A DNA stretch of 64,000 nucleotides, taken from Octopus sinensis. Taxonomy: Eukaryota. Location: contig NW_021833847.1 of assembly GCF_006345805.1 (NCBI RefSeq), positions 36,543 to 100,542 on the forward strand, in the 5' to 3' direction. The position numbers and the translations under genes are program-made. A model generated the notes under the pieces. The model was not told the DNA's origin. It did no database searches and worked only from the letters and a program-made list of their open reading frames with translations. Position 1 is the stretch's first letter, and each line of letters starts with the position of its first letter. Of this stretch, positions 38,136-50,640 are shown one piece after another.

Positions 38136-41100
38136 TTGGGGTCCCCTTGGAAACAAGGGTACCTCTTAAATGACATAAAGTCACATAAGTTTGAAAATCA
38201 TAGCCATAAGCGAGACCAGACTCCACAATCCGCGGGCCCTAAAGACCATGTTTGGCGGACAGTTCAACATTTATTTTCCCCCTGTCTGCCGAGAATGGCG
38301 GTAGTGGCACCGCGGTACTTTTTCACAAGAGTCTGGATCTCAATGTAAGGACAATATTCGTAGACCCGGAGGGTAGACTGGTCGTCCTGGATGTCGACGG
38401 CAGCAATGGGTGCGCTTTTGCTCGTATCAGTTACGCACCGCCCTTAACAGGTCGGGCGGATTTCTTTCAACGTCTAGAAGTTTTCTTGGGAACGTCTCGT
38501 CCTTTACTCTTAGTGGGGGATGGAATGCTACCTTGGACACGCATGTAGACTACGTGGGTAGAGATAGGAATAGACGGGGATGCAAATGCCTCAGAGACCT
38601 GCTCAGACGCTTTCAACTGTCTGACAGGTTTCGACTAGACCACCCGAATGCGCCAACGTGGACATGGAGCAACCGCATCGGTCGTCGAGATCGTATCTAG
38701 ATAGGATACTGTGTAGGACAGTAGATAGAGATAGCATAGGATGTCCACAATTCCACATAGTCAGCTACACGGATCACAAACTTGTGACATGTACGCTAGA
38801 CTTAGGTAAGACACTTAGGCAGGGTCCCGGATACTGGAAACTAAACGCGTCTTTCCATCGAGACAAGTTTTCAGAGACCGGATTAGCACACTAGTAAAGA
38901 GGGCTTTGACGGGAGCCATCATCAACAACAAATGTGGTTTGCCCTCAAGAGAGCAGTAAAAGCAGAAGCGATTAGGTACAGCAAAGCACTAGCCATAGAT
39001 AGAAATAGAGTAGAGGGTGAGCTAGTTAAGAAGCTAGAAGAGGCAATTAGAAGCGGCATCGCATCCGACGTTTTGGCGGCGAGGTTGGCCCTCGACCAAC
39101 ACTTCAACGCCAAACACGAAGGATGTGCTGTCAGAGCTAGGATGCGTGCTCTAAGGAACGAAGGTGTTGGAGCCGCGAGAGAGGCCCGGGTGGCAGAGGC
39201 GCAACAGGGCAACAAAGCCACCATTCGGTCACTGGTAGATGAACAGGGGCGCGAATTGCTCGAGCCAAGTAAAATGTGTGAGGCCTTTCAGCAGCATTTG
39301 CCCGACTGTTCGGAACGAGTGGAGGGCAAGAACGTAGGGTGGACTTCAGTGCCTACCTACATAGCCTACCACGACTCTCGACAAGAAAGGCAGGGTGCTG
39401 CGAAGGTGCCATCACGGCGGCGGAAGTGCGGGAAGCGATGGCAGAATGCTCGAGGGACAAATCACGGGTTTGGATGGTCTACCCTACGAGCTTTACAATT
39501 GTATGCCAGACTTGTTTGGAGATCTCTTGGCGGCGGTGTACTGCAACTGGCAGCAAAAACGGGAGCATTCCTGGTTTTGTGAGCCGAGGAGCCGTAACAC
39601 TGCTGAAGAAAGATCTAAACAAGGGAAATGTAATAGATAACTTTAGGCCCATCACTCTGTAATGCAGACTTGAAAATTTGGCCAAGGTGCTAGCCAAGAG
39701 GTTGGCGCTTGTCATCGAGAAACTGGTCGACAAGGCGCAAACATGCGCCGTGCCAGGCAGACCATCCATGACAACCTCATCTGATGCGCTACATCATAGA
39801 CAGGGTAGTTAACGAACCTGGCATGGGTGGGGCCCTGATCAACTTGGATCAATCAAAAGCCTTTGATAGGGTAGACCATCGATATTGGAGGCAGTCCTGA
39901 GAGCGGCTGGTTTCGGTCCCGTCTTCCGCGGCTGGATAGCTGCCTTGTACAGAGGCATCCGTTCGGTAATTCGCGTAAATGGACATCTATCGAGACCTTT
40001 CGACATTGCACGTTCGGTCCGTCAGGGATGCCCCCTCTCGGCGCTTCTATACGTATTGACTCTTGAGCACTACTGCGGAAGCTGGCGACTCTAAGGGGCA
40101 TCCCGCGAGAATTGGGATGCGGGACGAGCGTGTCTGCATACGCGGACGACGTCACCGTCATAGTGTCTAGCCACGAGCACATCGAGCTGGTCGACGAGAC
40201 ACTGAAAAACTACGAAGCGGTGACAGGAGCGAAAATCAACCGGGAAAAAGTCAGTGGGCTTGCGACTAGGCACCTGGAGAAGCAAGCCCATGCCGTCCAC
40301 CAGCGCCTCCGTCGTGGGACGCTGGACCGACGGCCCGGTTGAGTTGCTCGGGGTCTGGTTTGGTCCGGACCTCCAAGTGGAGAAGAACTGGAACGAGATA
40401 ACGAGTAGGGTGGTCACTCTCGCCCGGCAATGGGCCGAGAGGAAACTGTCCCTAAAAGGTCGAGCGGAGGTGGCGAACACGTACATCGCGTCCGTCATCT
40501 ACTACCGCCTGACCGTCGTACCTTGTCCCGACCCTACCATCACCAAACTACAACGCATCCTCTTTCGCTTCTTGTGGAAAGGATGCGTCCCGATGGTCAG
40601 GCGATCCATTTGCTGTCAACACCCGTTAAAAGGAGGGCTGGGCATGCCGTGGTTGATGATGCGCAGACACGCGCTGAGACTGCGACATCTCTGGCTCTAT
40701 GTAGACGACGGTGAACAGGGGTGTGGTCGCCGTTTGTGAGGCACGCTTTCCCGCAGCTCGTCTCCATGACCGAACTGCAGTCGTGGATCAAAAGAGGCCG
40801 AGGAAGGGCGAATGGCACCGCGAGTGTCGCGTTGCTCTCAAGCAACTCTGCCGTCCTGGGTCGACCTTAAGTGACTTCAACACAACCAAAGCATTCTATA
40901 GGGGTTTAGTGGAGGGGAGGTACGACGACGAGCTCGGGGCGAACCTGGACGTCGACGAGGAGTACCTGACCCGCCTGTTCGGGACGACTTTCGGGCCAGG
41001 GCCCATGGAACTTCCAGAGATCCCTGGCCTGGCAGTGCTACCGAGAAGCGCTACCCGTCGGGATAAGCTCTACAGACACGGCTCGAGAAACACGGGGCCG

Positions 41101-41919
41101 ACCTGCCCGAGATGCGGTCAGAGCGACGAAACCGTTCTGCACGCACTCGTCCAGTGTCCAACAATTTCCGACCTGTGGGCTTATGTCGAACAACTGCTGT
41201 CACGTGTGGGGCGAGTCGGTTTATCAGCTGAGTCTATCGTCAATATTGTCACGCCTCCTTCCTTCAAACGGGAAGGAAGAGCTATTTTCATCATCCTTGT
41301 GGCTATGGCGAAAGAATGTATCTGGTGGACGCGTCTGAAAGGATTGGAGACAACACTTTCCTCTCTGGTCAATCTCTCATCAACTTCTTCAAGTACCACT
41401 TGAAAAGGAAAGTGAGAGTAGAGAGGCAAGTTTTGTCTAGCGAATGTTTTAAAAAAAGATGGGTGAATGTAGCAAGAATGGCACGTATGAATGACGAAGC
41501 CACCTTGAGCATAGTCCTATGAACCCAGAAATCGAAAACAGAGAGTTGCTTATTTGCAAAAAAAAAAAAAAAAAAAAAAAAAGAAATATAAAATGTGACT
41601 TCATTGACCGAGGTTACCGTGGTCTTTCCGCAGGCTTTTCTTTCCACGGGTAAACCTCACCTGTCCTCCCCTTTACACTTCATATTGACATTTCTGTGAT
41701 AACGATCCCTATTGATCATTTTTTTTCCTCTCCCCCTTTTTTTTTTTTTTTTTTTTTTTAACCCCCTTATTTTTGTCCTCTTTCTCTCCTTTTACGATCC
41801 CTTTTGATCGAACCTCCCCCTCCTTTTTTTTTTTTTTTTTTTTTAATACCTTCAAAAGAAAAGCTCTACCTTGTAATTTGTTCTATCTGTGTGCAGCCCT
41901 GTGTGGCTAATAAAGAAAC
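38136..41919 (+). mobile_element. L1/Tx1-clade LINE, near-complete ORF2 (APE endonuclease-RT-Zn finger) plus 3'UTR; ORF1 absent
   Basis: EN motifs: LGSPWKQ, ISETR, YAP, GDWNA, TWTWSN, YLDRI, TDHKLV, GPGYWKLN. RT motifs: NFRPITL, LINLDQSKAFDRV (~39836), SVRQGCPLS, YADD (40139-40150), GGLGMP. C-terminal CPRCGQSDETVLHALVQC (~41104), stop at 41520-41522. Many 1-bp frameshifts. GC content is much higher than the flanks. Confidence 0.96.
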
Positions 41920-42008
41920 ATATCTATCTCTATCTATCTGTCTATCTATCTATCTATCTATATATCTATCTATCTAACTATCTATCTATTTATCTATCTA
42001 TCTATCTT

Positions 42009-42061
<53 letters not shown>

Positions 42062-42107
42062 TATCTATCTATCTATATATATATCTATATATCTATCTAT
42101 CTATCTT

Positions 42108-42140
<33 letters not shown>

Positions 42141-42141
42141 A

Positions 42142-42181
<40 letters not shown>

Positions 42182-42200
42182 ATTCTTTCTATATATATAT
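41920..42200. repeat. (CTAT)n array, right flank of Tx1 copy 2
   Basis: Direct inspection. Confidence 0.95.
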
Positions 42201-42837
42201 ATATCTATCTCTCTCTCTCTATATATATATACATATATATATATACACATATATACATGTAGATATACACATATATAATAATTATATATATATATACACA
42301 TATAGATATACATGTATATATATATATATATGTGTGTATTTATACATATACATACACACACACACACACACACAAATACACACACATATATATATTCGTA
42401 TATATATGTATGAATGTATGTATATACAATATATATACGGACATATACATTTATGTATATAACTGTTTAGATATATGGCTATTAAACACATACATGTAAT
42501 CACACAAAATTACCCAGCAAGCAGATTCTTCAATACAATAATAATAATATTTCATTTAACCACACATTATTGCAAACGCATGCCGGTAAATACATAGTAA
42601 ATGACACCAAGAATATAGATATAATACACATATAACACACACACGCACACTCACACACACACCCACACAGTGTTATATGTATATGTAGAAACAACACACA
42701 GAAATATAGAGAGGAAATATGTACTTTTCTGTAGCCTATTTTGGAAAAAAAAAATACTTCAGAAGAATTCAGAAGAAATATTTTCCATAACAAATATACT
42801 ATTCAATATTACTATCATCTTTCTGAAAGTAACTCAC

Positions 42838-42945
42838 ATTCAAACGTGTTGATGTGCTCTAATCACACAACACAAGACATTGTTGTGAGGAATATATACG
42901 GAGCAAGGACTCTAATAACTATATTTACTTTCGTTTTTGTTGTCC
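42838..42945 (-). other. Candidate 108-nt exon (one in-frame TGA in its best frame)
   Basis: Acceptor GTGTTTTTCTTAAG| and donor |GTGAGT. Phase 1-1 reads TTKTKVNIVIRVLAPYIFLTTMSCVV*LEHINTFE. Confidence 0.18.
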
Positions 42946-43332
42946 CTTAAGAAAAACACATGCAGACGACAAAAGAGATTATATAGTAACGTCTTCACTG
43001 TACTTCTTATTTATCGGCCATATATTTCGACCATCTTCTCAAGTATGTTTCTAGTGATGTCACTTTCGTATCTCTCGTATATATATTTCATATAATTATT
43101 TTTATTAGATTTTTTGTAATGGTTCTTTTCTTCAATTATTGTTTTGCAAAGTCCTAATGCTTTTGTGCATCATTATTGATCCATCTGAAGGAGCGAATCT
43201 TCTTTGGAGCTGTGATTGGTAAATTATCGATAAATGCTCATATACATACCCATTTACTATCACTCATGTATTTAAGTATGCGCAATTGCATGCAGACATC
43301 CATATCTGTCTCCCTTCCTCTCTCTCTTCTCC

Positions 43333-43363
<31 letters not shown>

Positions 43364-43426
43364 CACACACATATATATATGTATGTAGATATATATGTGT
43401 ATATATATGTACATATATATATAATA

Positions 43427-43470
<44 letters not shown>

Positions 43471-43528
43471 ATATATATGTATATATATCCATTGTGCGTT
43501 ATCTGTAAATTTTACTAGGTGAGTATAT

Positions 43529-43572
<44 letters not shown>

Positions 43573-43660
43573 TATATACATACATACATACATATATATA
43601 TATATATTATATATATATATATATTTGCATATATATATATATAAACAATATATATAAGTT

Positions 43661-43691
<31 letters not shown>

Positions 43692-44083
43692 GTGTGTGTG
43701 TGAGTCTGTAGAAATTTTCATGCACGTATATATAACACAAAGTTACGCATATTTGCATAAGGTGGGTTAGTTAAATAATGAGAAATATACAGTTGCTTTG
43801 AACACACAAGCATGACGGTAAGTAGAATATAACTGAATAAAACATATAGTTGAAATAGCTAATCAGTGGATCAATGAACGAATCATATGATCTATTAAAG
43901 CCTAAATTTATACCTTATCCTTATTCACAGAACTAGAAAATTATATAAGTGGATGCCCGTATCTGTTTTGGTTTATGGGTCTGCCTTTGTACGTACACAC
44001 AAAAGTGTTTGCATGTGTGTCTATGTGCGTGCGGTTCTTCAAAATGGAACGTAACGTATGTATGATGTGGCAATTTAACATAC

Positions 44084-44213
44084 CATAAAGAAAGCATTTG
44101 CAGAATATTGAGCGCGTTACCACCCATCCTAGCACATTGTTTTTGCTTGCATATTTTGATCTGATTTTGTTTTGCACACCAATATACTTGCCGTGCATCA
44201 ATGTACAGCAAAT
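44084..44213 (-). other. Candidate 130-nt exon
   Basis: Acceptor GAATTATTGCAG| and donor ATG|GTATGT. Open as (D)LLYIDARQVYWCAKQNQIKICKQKQCARMGGNALNILQMLSL, phase-compatible with the donor at 45319. Confidence 0.25.
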
Positions 44214-44585
44214 CTGCAATAATTCAGATTGCAATAATCTGCGATATCTATATATGCAGTTATAACTACGTAAGTTATACCTAGTTATATCTGCATGTGA
44301 TATATTATCTGAATGATATCACACACATTTGATATTTTTGATTTGATATATTTAGTCATTTCTCAGTATGTTTTATATTTTATATTTGATTTTTAAAGTA
44401 GCCAATCTGTATTTAATTCTGAGAGAAGCAGCATTCGATTATATCGAAACCAATTCCAGGTATATGCTTGATCATCAAGAATTAGCAGAAAATTGTCCGC
44501 AAATTACAACTGACTCCCTTAAAATATGGAAGGTCACATTAGTTAATGTCATTTTATATATATATAGACAGATAGATAGATAGAG

Positions 44586-44622
<37 letters not shown>

Positions 44623-45318
44623 TATATATATATATATATATATATATAAACATATTTATATAATATATTACGTTATATATTTTATACAAATTATATATAG
44701 ATAATATAAACATACATATACTAATATAATATTTTATATACATATATATTTATACATATATAATATACGTATGTATATATATGTATATATACATACACAC
44801 ACACACACACACACTCATATGTATGTATAACTGTATATATATATACACATATTTATCTAACAAAATGGCGACCTCTCATCTATATCATATTTGAAAATAG
44901 TTGTGCTGTATGAGGACAGAACAGGAACTAAACAACATTAGCTAAATCAACGACAATATCTGAAGTGTAGAATCTAATGGAACTGATGTCATTCTAGTTA
45001 TTCGAACTAATAAGGAAATTCGAAGAAGATACCTGCTGCAAGCTAAACTAAACACACCTCAAAAATCTAAACTGTACTCTAAATCAGTTCAACATGAGAG
45101 CATTAAGCACCATGTGATTTCAACGAATGATTGAGATGGAGAGAAAATACTGAATATACGTTCATAAGCTTAATGCACCTTGCACTATAGTGTATTAGTA
45201 AAGTGATTAGAAGCCTGGAAAGTAGCTTGTAATCCGATATTTAATTGACTCCACAGCCAACACTGTTTCTCTAGCAATGATACGAGTGAAAGAGAAGACC
45301 AAAGAAATCCATAATTAC

Positions 45319-45421
45319 CTGAATTTATACCAGCAGAGTCATAACAGTAATGCCGGTACACAAGTCTTGTGAGACATTTATTTATATATTCCATCAATTT
45401 TCTTTCTTCTTCTTTCTTCAC
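45319..45421 (-). other. Candidate coding exon 3' part
   Basis: Open frame VKKEEERKLMEYINKCLTRLVYRHYCYDSAGINS ending at the strong donor CAG|GTAATT. The acceptor is unclear. Confidence 0.2.
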
Positions 45422-45679
45422 TTTTTCTCTATTCAGCGTCTTCGTTGAACTTATACTTTAATTAGGTCTCTGTATTCATGTAGCATCATAGCAGGAATTA
45501 CATATATGTAGAGCAGGCTGTTTATTGCTCATATACTGGTACAGAACATTTCCTAATTAATTGAGTTGCATTTTACTGATAATGTTGGACGATGTAATAG
45601 GTCTTAGCTTACTGGCTTATGGACATTCGATGGAAATCACACGTGTCTTTGATATGAGAAAATTGACGTTGACAAAATA

Positions 45680-45708
45680 TCTATCTATCTGTCTATCTAT
45701 CTATCTAC

Positions 45709-45804
<96 letters not shown>

Positions 45805-46400
45805 CATCTATTTATGTACATATCTATTTATCTACCTGTCTGTGTATTTATCTATCTATCTATTTATTTATCTATCAATTTATCTACCTATCTATTTTTC
45901 TATCTGTGTGTATGTGTGTGTCTCTCTCTCTATCTATCTATCTATCTATCAATTTATCTATCTATCTAATTATCTATCAGTCTGTGTGTCTATCTATCTA
46001 TCTATCTATCTATCTCTCTATCTATCTATCCATCTATCTGTTTATCCATCTATCTATTTGTCTGTCTAGCTGTCTGCCTATATATATATAAAATATCTGC
46101 ATACTTACATACATACATACATACATACATAAATACATCCATTCATCCATCCATCCATCTACCCATCCATCTAACAATCCATCCAACCATCCATCCATCC
46201 GTTCATCCATCCATCCATCTATACATCCAACAATCCATCCATATATCTATCTATCTATCCATCCATCAATCCATCCAACAATCCATCCATCCATCCATCC
46301 ATCCATCCATCCATCCATCCATCCATCCATCCATCCATCCATCCATCCATCCATCCATCCATCTATCTATCTATCTATCCATCCATCCATCCATCCATCA
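45680..46400. repeat. Compound tetranucleotide array (CTAT)n-(CATA)n-(CATC)n
   Basis: Direct inspection. Confidence 0.95.
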
Positions 46401-47070
46401 TCATTCCATCTATCCGCTATTCTAGGTACCACTTCTGTAGGATCATGTTAAAAATACCCATCATGAAACTGTCCTACTGCTTCGCAAGCGTGACCACCTG
46501 AGACAATAGTTATTACAATAAACATCTCGTTCATGGATAATGGACAATTAGTTCAGCAGATTGGCTGGATATGAAGTCTCTGGATTGCAGTCGTTTCCTA
46601 CACAATTCCAACCACTTGTCTGCAGAAACACAACTGAAACCTAACGATGGTAGGCAGTCAGGAATTGATGCAAAAAACACCTTCACCGTCGAGTTGCGCG
46701 TCTTGTCGAGCAACGTTACTGTAGAATTCCTACGAAAGAATCACTTTTCGGACGCTTATATTCACGGTATTTCTTTCATTACTCAACACGTGTGAACATT
46801 TGTGAGGATAGACACGTACAGTAGTTGCGCTAGTACTGGTAATTCTATCCCTTCAATATATGCGATCGTGGGTTTACGCTTTAAATCATTATAGTTGCTA
46901 CTATGTAATTATGTCTACACTTTAATTCAATACTTCAATCGTTGTAAGAGCTTTGAACGGAAACAAATATATTTCCATTTTCATGCAATATATATATCAC
47001 ACAACTATGCACATTATTATTCATAGTAAAGACGTTACTGTACATTATATAACGATAGGTCAGTATTGTG

Positions 47071-47341
47071 TGGAGGCGCGTGGCTTAGTGGTTAGGGTAT
47101 TGAAATCATGATCGTAAGGTTGTGCTTTCGATTTCCAGACCGGACGATGTGTTGTGTTCTTCAGCAACACACTTCTTTTTCAAGTTGCTCCAGTCCACTG
47201 AGCTGGCAAGAATGATTAATCCTGCCACGGAGCTGGGGTTCCGTCCAGGTGGGGAATTTCTATGCCACTGAAACCGGGAAACAGGACCTTATGAGCCTGG
47301 CATGGCTCGAGAGGGAATATTTATTTATTATTTTTTTATTT
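47071..47341 (+). mobile_element. SINE family C, full length with a 15-bp TSD (1 mismatch)
   Basis: TAGGTCAGTAT(T/A)GTG at 47056-47070 and 47342-47356; (TTTA)n-like tail. Confidence 0.92.
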
Positions 47342-47789
47342 TAGGTCAGTATAGTGGATCATTGCTATACATAAGATAGGATGATATTTATTTACAGCTA
47401 TTAAGGCAATATAGGTCCAATCTGAATTCAATATTGCCTTTCAATATTTCGAAATCAATATATTTATATCAATCAAGTACTGGGGACATTACGAACGAAT
47501 TAGACCTACACTCCTTAAAAGTGATTCTGGTTCGTTTTACCTGCGTTAATAGAAATTCTTATTTGATGGATTGAATGTAATTAGTGGCAAATAAGGTAAA
47601 ACTTCGGGCGAAAATCGACGCAACGTTTCGCTCTTATCATATCGAGGTCAATAATATAATTAATCACTACCCGAGAAACGATGAACGTAGATATATTTTT
47701 TACATTTTCATAACATACATAGATAAAGAAACAAATAAATAGACACTTAGTATGTGTCGGTGTGTGCGTATATATATATATATAATTTT

Positions 47790-47947
47790 TCTTGTTACCT
47801 GCATTTGGGTGCGACCATGCTAGAGCACCGGCTTTAGTCGAGCAGATCCACTTATTCTTTGTAGGCCTAGAATTTATTCTATCGGTCTATTTTGTTGAAC
47901 CATTGATTTACGAGGACGTAAACGCAGACACAAATACAGAAACTCAT

Positions 47948-47950
<3 letters not shown>
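47790..47950 (-). mobile_element. SINE family A, degraded 3' part
   Basis: GCGACCATGCTAGAGCACCGGCTTTAGTCGAGCAG...GAGGACGTAAACG. Confidence 0.7.
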
Positions 47951-47992
<42 letters not shown>

Positions 47993-48299
47993 TGTATATT
48001 AGCTTGGGTCATAATTATTGTGGGCTTTTTCAGCAAACTATATTCAACAAAAAGCACTAACAACGTATAACAAAAACATCTTTAAATGATTATTCTGGAG
48101 CATATTCACTATTTACTCCAATTACTGCTTCGAAGTTGCTTGGCAGACGGTAAGACCGTCATTTAAAGATGTTTTTGTTAAATATTTTCTTTTTCTTGAA
48201 TAAAATTTGTTGAATAAAAGCCGCAATACTTTCTGCACCGACCCAATATATACGTATATATTGATTGGTTGACCGCTAGCTTCACAATTATTTTATTCT

Positions 48300-48455
48300 C
48301 TCGTTGTTTATTTCCTTGTGTTCGTTTGTGTTGAAGAGCGTCGGCTCGATACGTAAGAGATTTTCTCACCTTCCCGAGGGTCAAACTCATTCACCTGCTG
48401 GTTGTTTACACACCTGTCTTCGTATTTTCTTTCTCTGTAAATTTCAACTATATAT
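48300..48455 (+). mobile_element. Penelope-like pseudo-LTR fragment (second copy at 49800-50040)
   Basis: TGAAGAGCGTCGGCTCGATACGT...CACCTGTCTTCGT matches the copy at about 49915-50030. Confidence 0.45.
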
Positions 48456-48464
48456 GTATATAGG

Positions 48465-48595
48465 ACTAGCTTCTTTCAGTTTCCGCCTACCAAATATATT
48501 TACAAGAATTTGGTCGGCGCGTAGCTATAGTAGAAGAAATTTGTTCGAGTTGCCACTCAGTGGGACAGAACCCAGAACCATGTGGTTGAAAGTGT
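48465..48595 (-). mobile_element. SINE family A, head-half fragment
   Basis: GCTTCTTTCAGTTTCCGCCTACC...GTGGGACAGAACCCAGAACCATGTGGTTG. Confidence 0.75.
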
Positions 48596-48628
48596 CTATT
48601 ATGTACATATATGTATACATGTGTTTGC

Positions 48629-48697
<69 letters not shown>

Positions 48698-48754
48698 AAT
48701 ACATATATATAAGTATATATATATATATAAATGTATGTATATATATATGTATAC

Positions 48755-48836
<82 letters not shown>

Positions 48837-49727
48837 TATATATATATACTTGCCTGTGCGTTGCTCACAACACCTACTCTCAACTCTTAACATATAAATT
48901 GTTATTTAAGAAAATGAAATTTCGTATCCAACGGCAACATTACAGTATTAATGGAGTCGCAGGAAATGCACTTTGGTAGCAACAGGTGATGCCCTGATTA
49001 TTTCACAGCATGTTCAAATATCCAAACTAGCGTAAAGTCACTTGATATCTTCACCGTGTGATATCTCCATGGCAACCGCGTGTCACAATAAAATATATAT
49101 ACTCTGAGCAATAAATTTTAGTAATAATGATTGCTAACATCCGCTCATGACTATATTTTTGTAGGTGGGAACACGATCAAACTGACAAGAGTAATAAATT
49201 GATATTTTCTCATTCTTTTTCTCATATTTTTCTTTAGGGATTGGCCAAAGTAAATTCCAATTACTCTGGGGTTTGAACTCGAGCTGTAAGGATATATATA
49301 TATATATATATAAAGGGAAATAAATCTACAGATTCTCAGCTTCTCTGGCATCGAGAGTGTTTTCCTATTCACTGCCTTTTTTTAGAAATAATGGTTATGA
49401 TGCGTTCAGTATTTAAAGTTAAATATAGACAGTAAAAAAGAAAATCTAATACACGATCGAGTGGTGTGTATTTGATACAAACAATAACAACATCAAAATT
49501 AATATTGCTCTCAAATTTTGGTAAAGACCCAGTAATTTGGGAGGAGGGAGAAAAACAATTACGTCAAGTTCAAAACTAAACAGGTATTTATTTTATCGAT
49601 CACGAAGATGAAAGGCAAAGTCGACCTCGACGGAATGACATTAATATAAATATCTTAATATATCCTGAAGTGGGTCACACATTCTGCATATAATTTTCAG
49701 TTTTTTCCCCGAAGATGGGCAGTGCAA

Positions 49728-49788
<61 letters not shown>

Positions 49789-49799
49789 CATCTCCCCTA

Positions 49800-50040
49800 C
49801 TTTACTCCTCGTGCGTGACCCTTCTGTTCGAGTCAGTCGCCATGGTAGATAGTTAGCCACTACACACATTTATTCCCGCCTTGTTTCTCTCCTTGTTTTT
49901 TTTTATGTGTCCCTTTCTATAGAAGAGCGTAGGCTCGAAACGTAAATGACTTTTTCTATTCTTGAGCGTTACACTAATACATCTGATTGTTTTGTACACC
50001 ACCTGTCTTCTTCTTTTGTTTTTTTCGTAAACTCTCCCTA
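49800..50040 (+). mobile_element. Penelope-like pseudo-LTR fragment
   Basis: TAGAA-GAGC-GTAG-GCTC-GAAACGT, a stem plus GAAAC hammerhead-like remnant. Homologous to 48300-48455. Confidence 0.45.
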
Positions 50041-50169
50041 TATATATATAATGGTGTCATTGAGACCCAAAGGTGTCAGATAATGCTGAATAAGTGCTAT
50101 AGACACACCATAGTTAAGTTCCAGATTCGGTAATTTAGCGAATAAGGGGTTCAACGTTGGTTCTATGTC

Positions 50170-50640
50170 AATGTGTGTATATAAGAATTTTTTGCGTAAT
50201 GAGATAAAAAAAACCAAGGCTGTGTAGATATTAGAACATTTATAAATAGGTCTTACCGCTGTTTCCAGGATATTTATTAATTATATCCATTCATCGAAGA
50301 CAGTGCGAGAGGATGGTTAAGTCATAGTTAGTTTAGATGTGATACAAAATAGATAGTGAAGTGGAGGAAGGACAATAGATGCAAACTATATATGGATATT
50401 GAAGTTGTAAATCCATTTTTTTAGGCACAATGGTATAAATGTAGTATTCCGATACCCTATGATTAAAGTCCAAAGTTCAACAGAATTTAAAATGGGGTCC
50501 TTCCAAATATAGAGTTTATACATAATGTAAGATTCCCTTATGAGTGAAATCCAGCAGTTTTTAAACTTGGTCATTCCATGTAGAGAATTTATATACAGTG
50601 TTGCAGAGTCAAAGTTCTAAATAAAAAACCTAAGTGGACC
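50170..50640 (-). mobile_element. Penelope-like element 3' fragment (ORF end plus pseudo-LTR)
   Basis: Reads ...LIRESYIMYKLYIWKDPILNS (like a GIY-YIG C-terminus). Minus 50303-50249 is TTCGATGA-ATGGATAT-loop-ATATCC-TG-GAAAC-AGCGGT-AAG, a hammerhead-like motif. Confidence 0.55.

Noticed and set aside
42838-42945. HNNVLCCVIRAHQ, resembling the PPP phosphatase IRAH motif
   Set aside because: The frame contains stops, and the conserved WSDP and RG motifs are absent. Real PPP phosphatases would be far more conserved.
44084-44213. RMGGNALN, resembling the PfkB/ketohexokinase GGNA motif
   Set aside because: The spacing to the upstream G-x-x-x-D motif is off and no other PfkB motifs were found.
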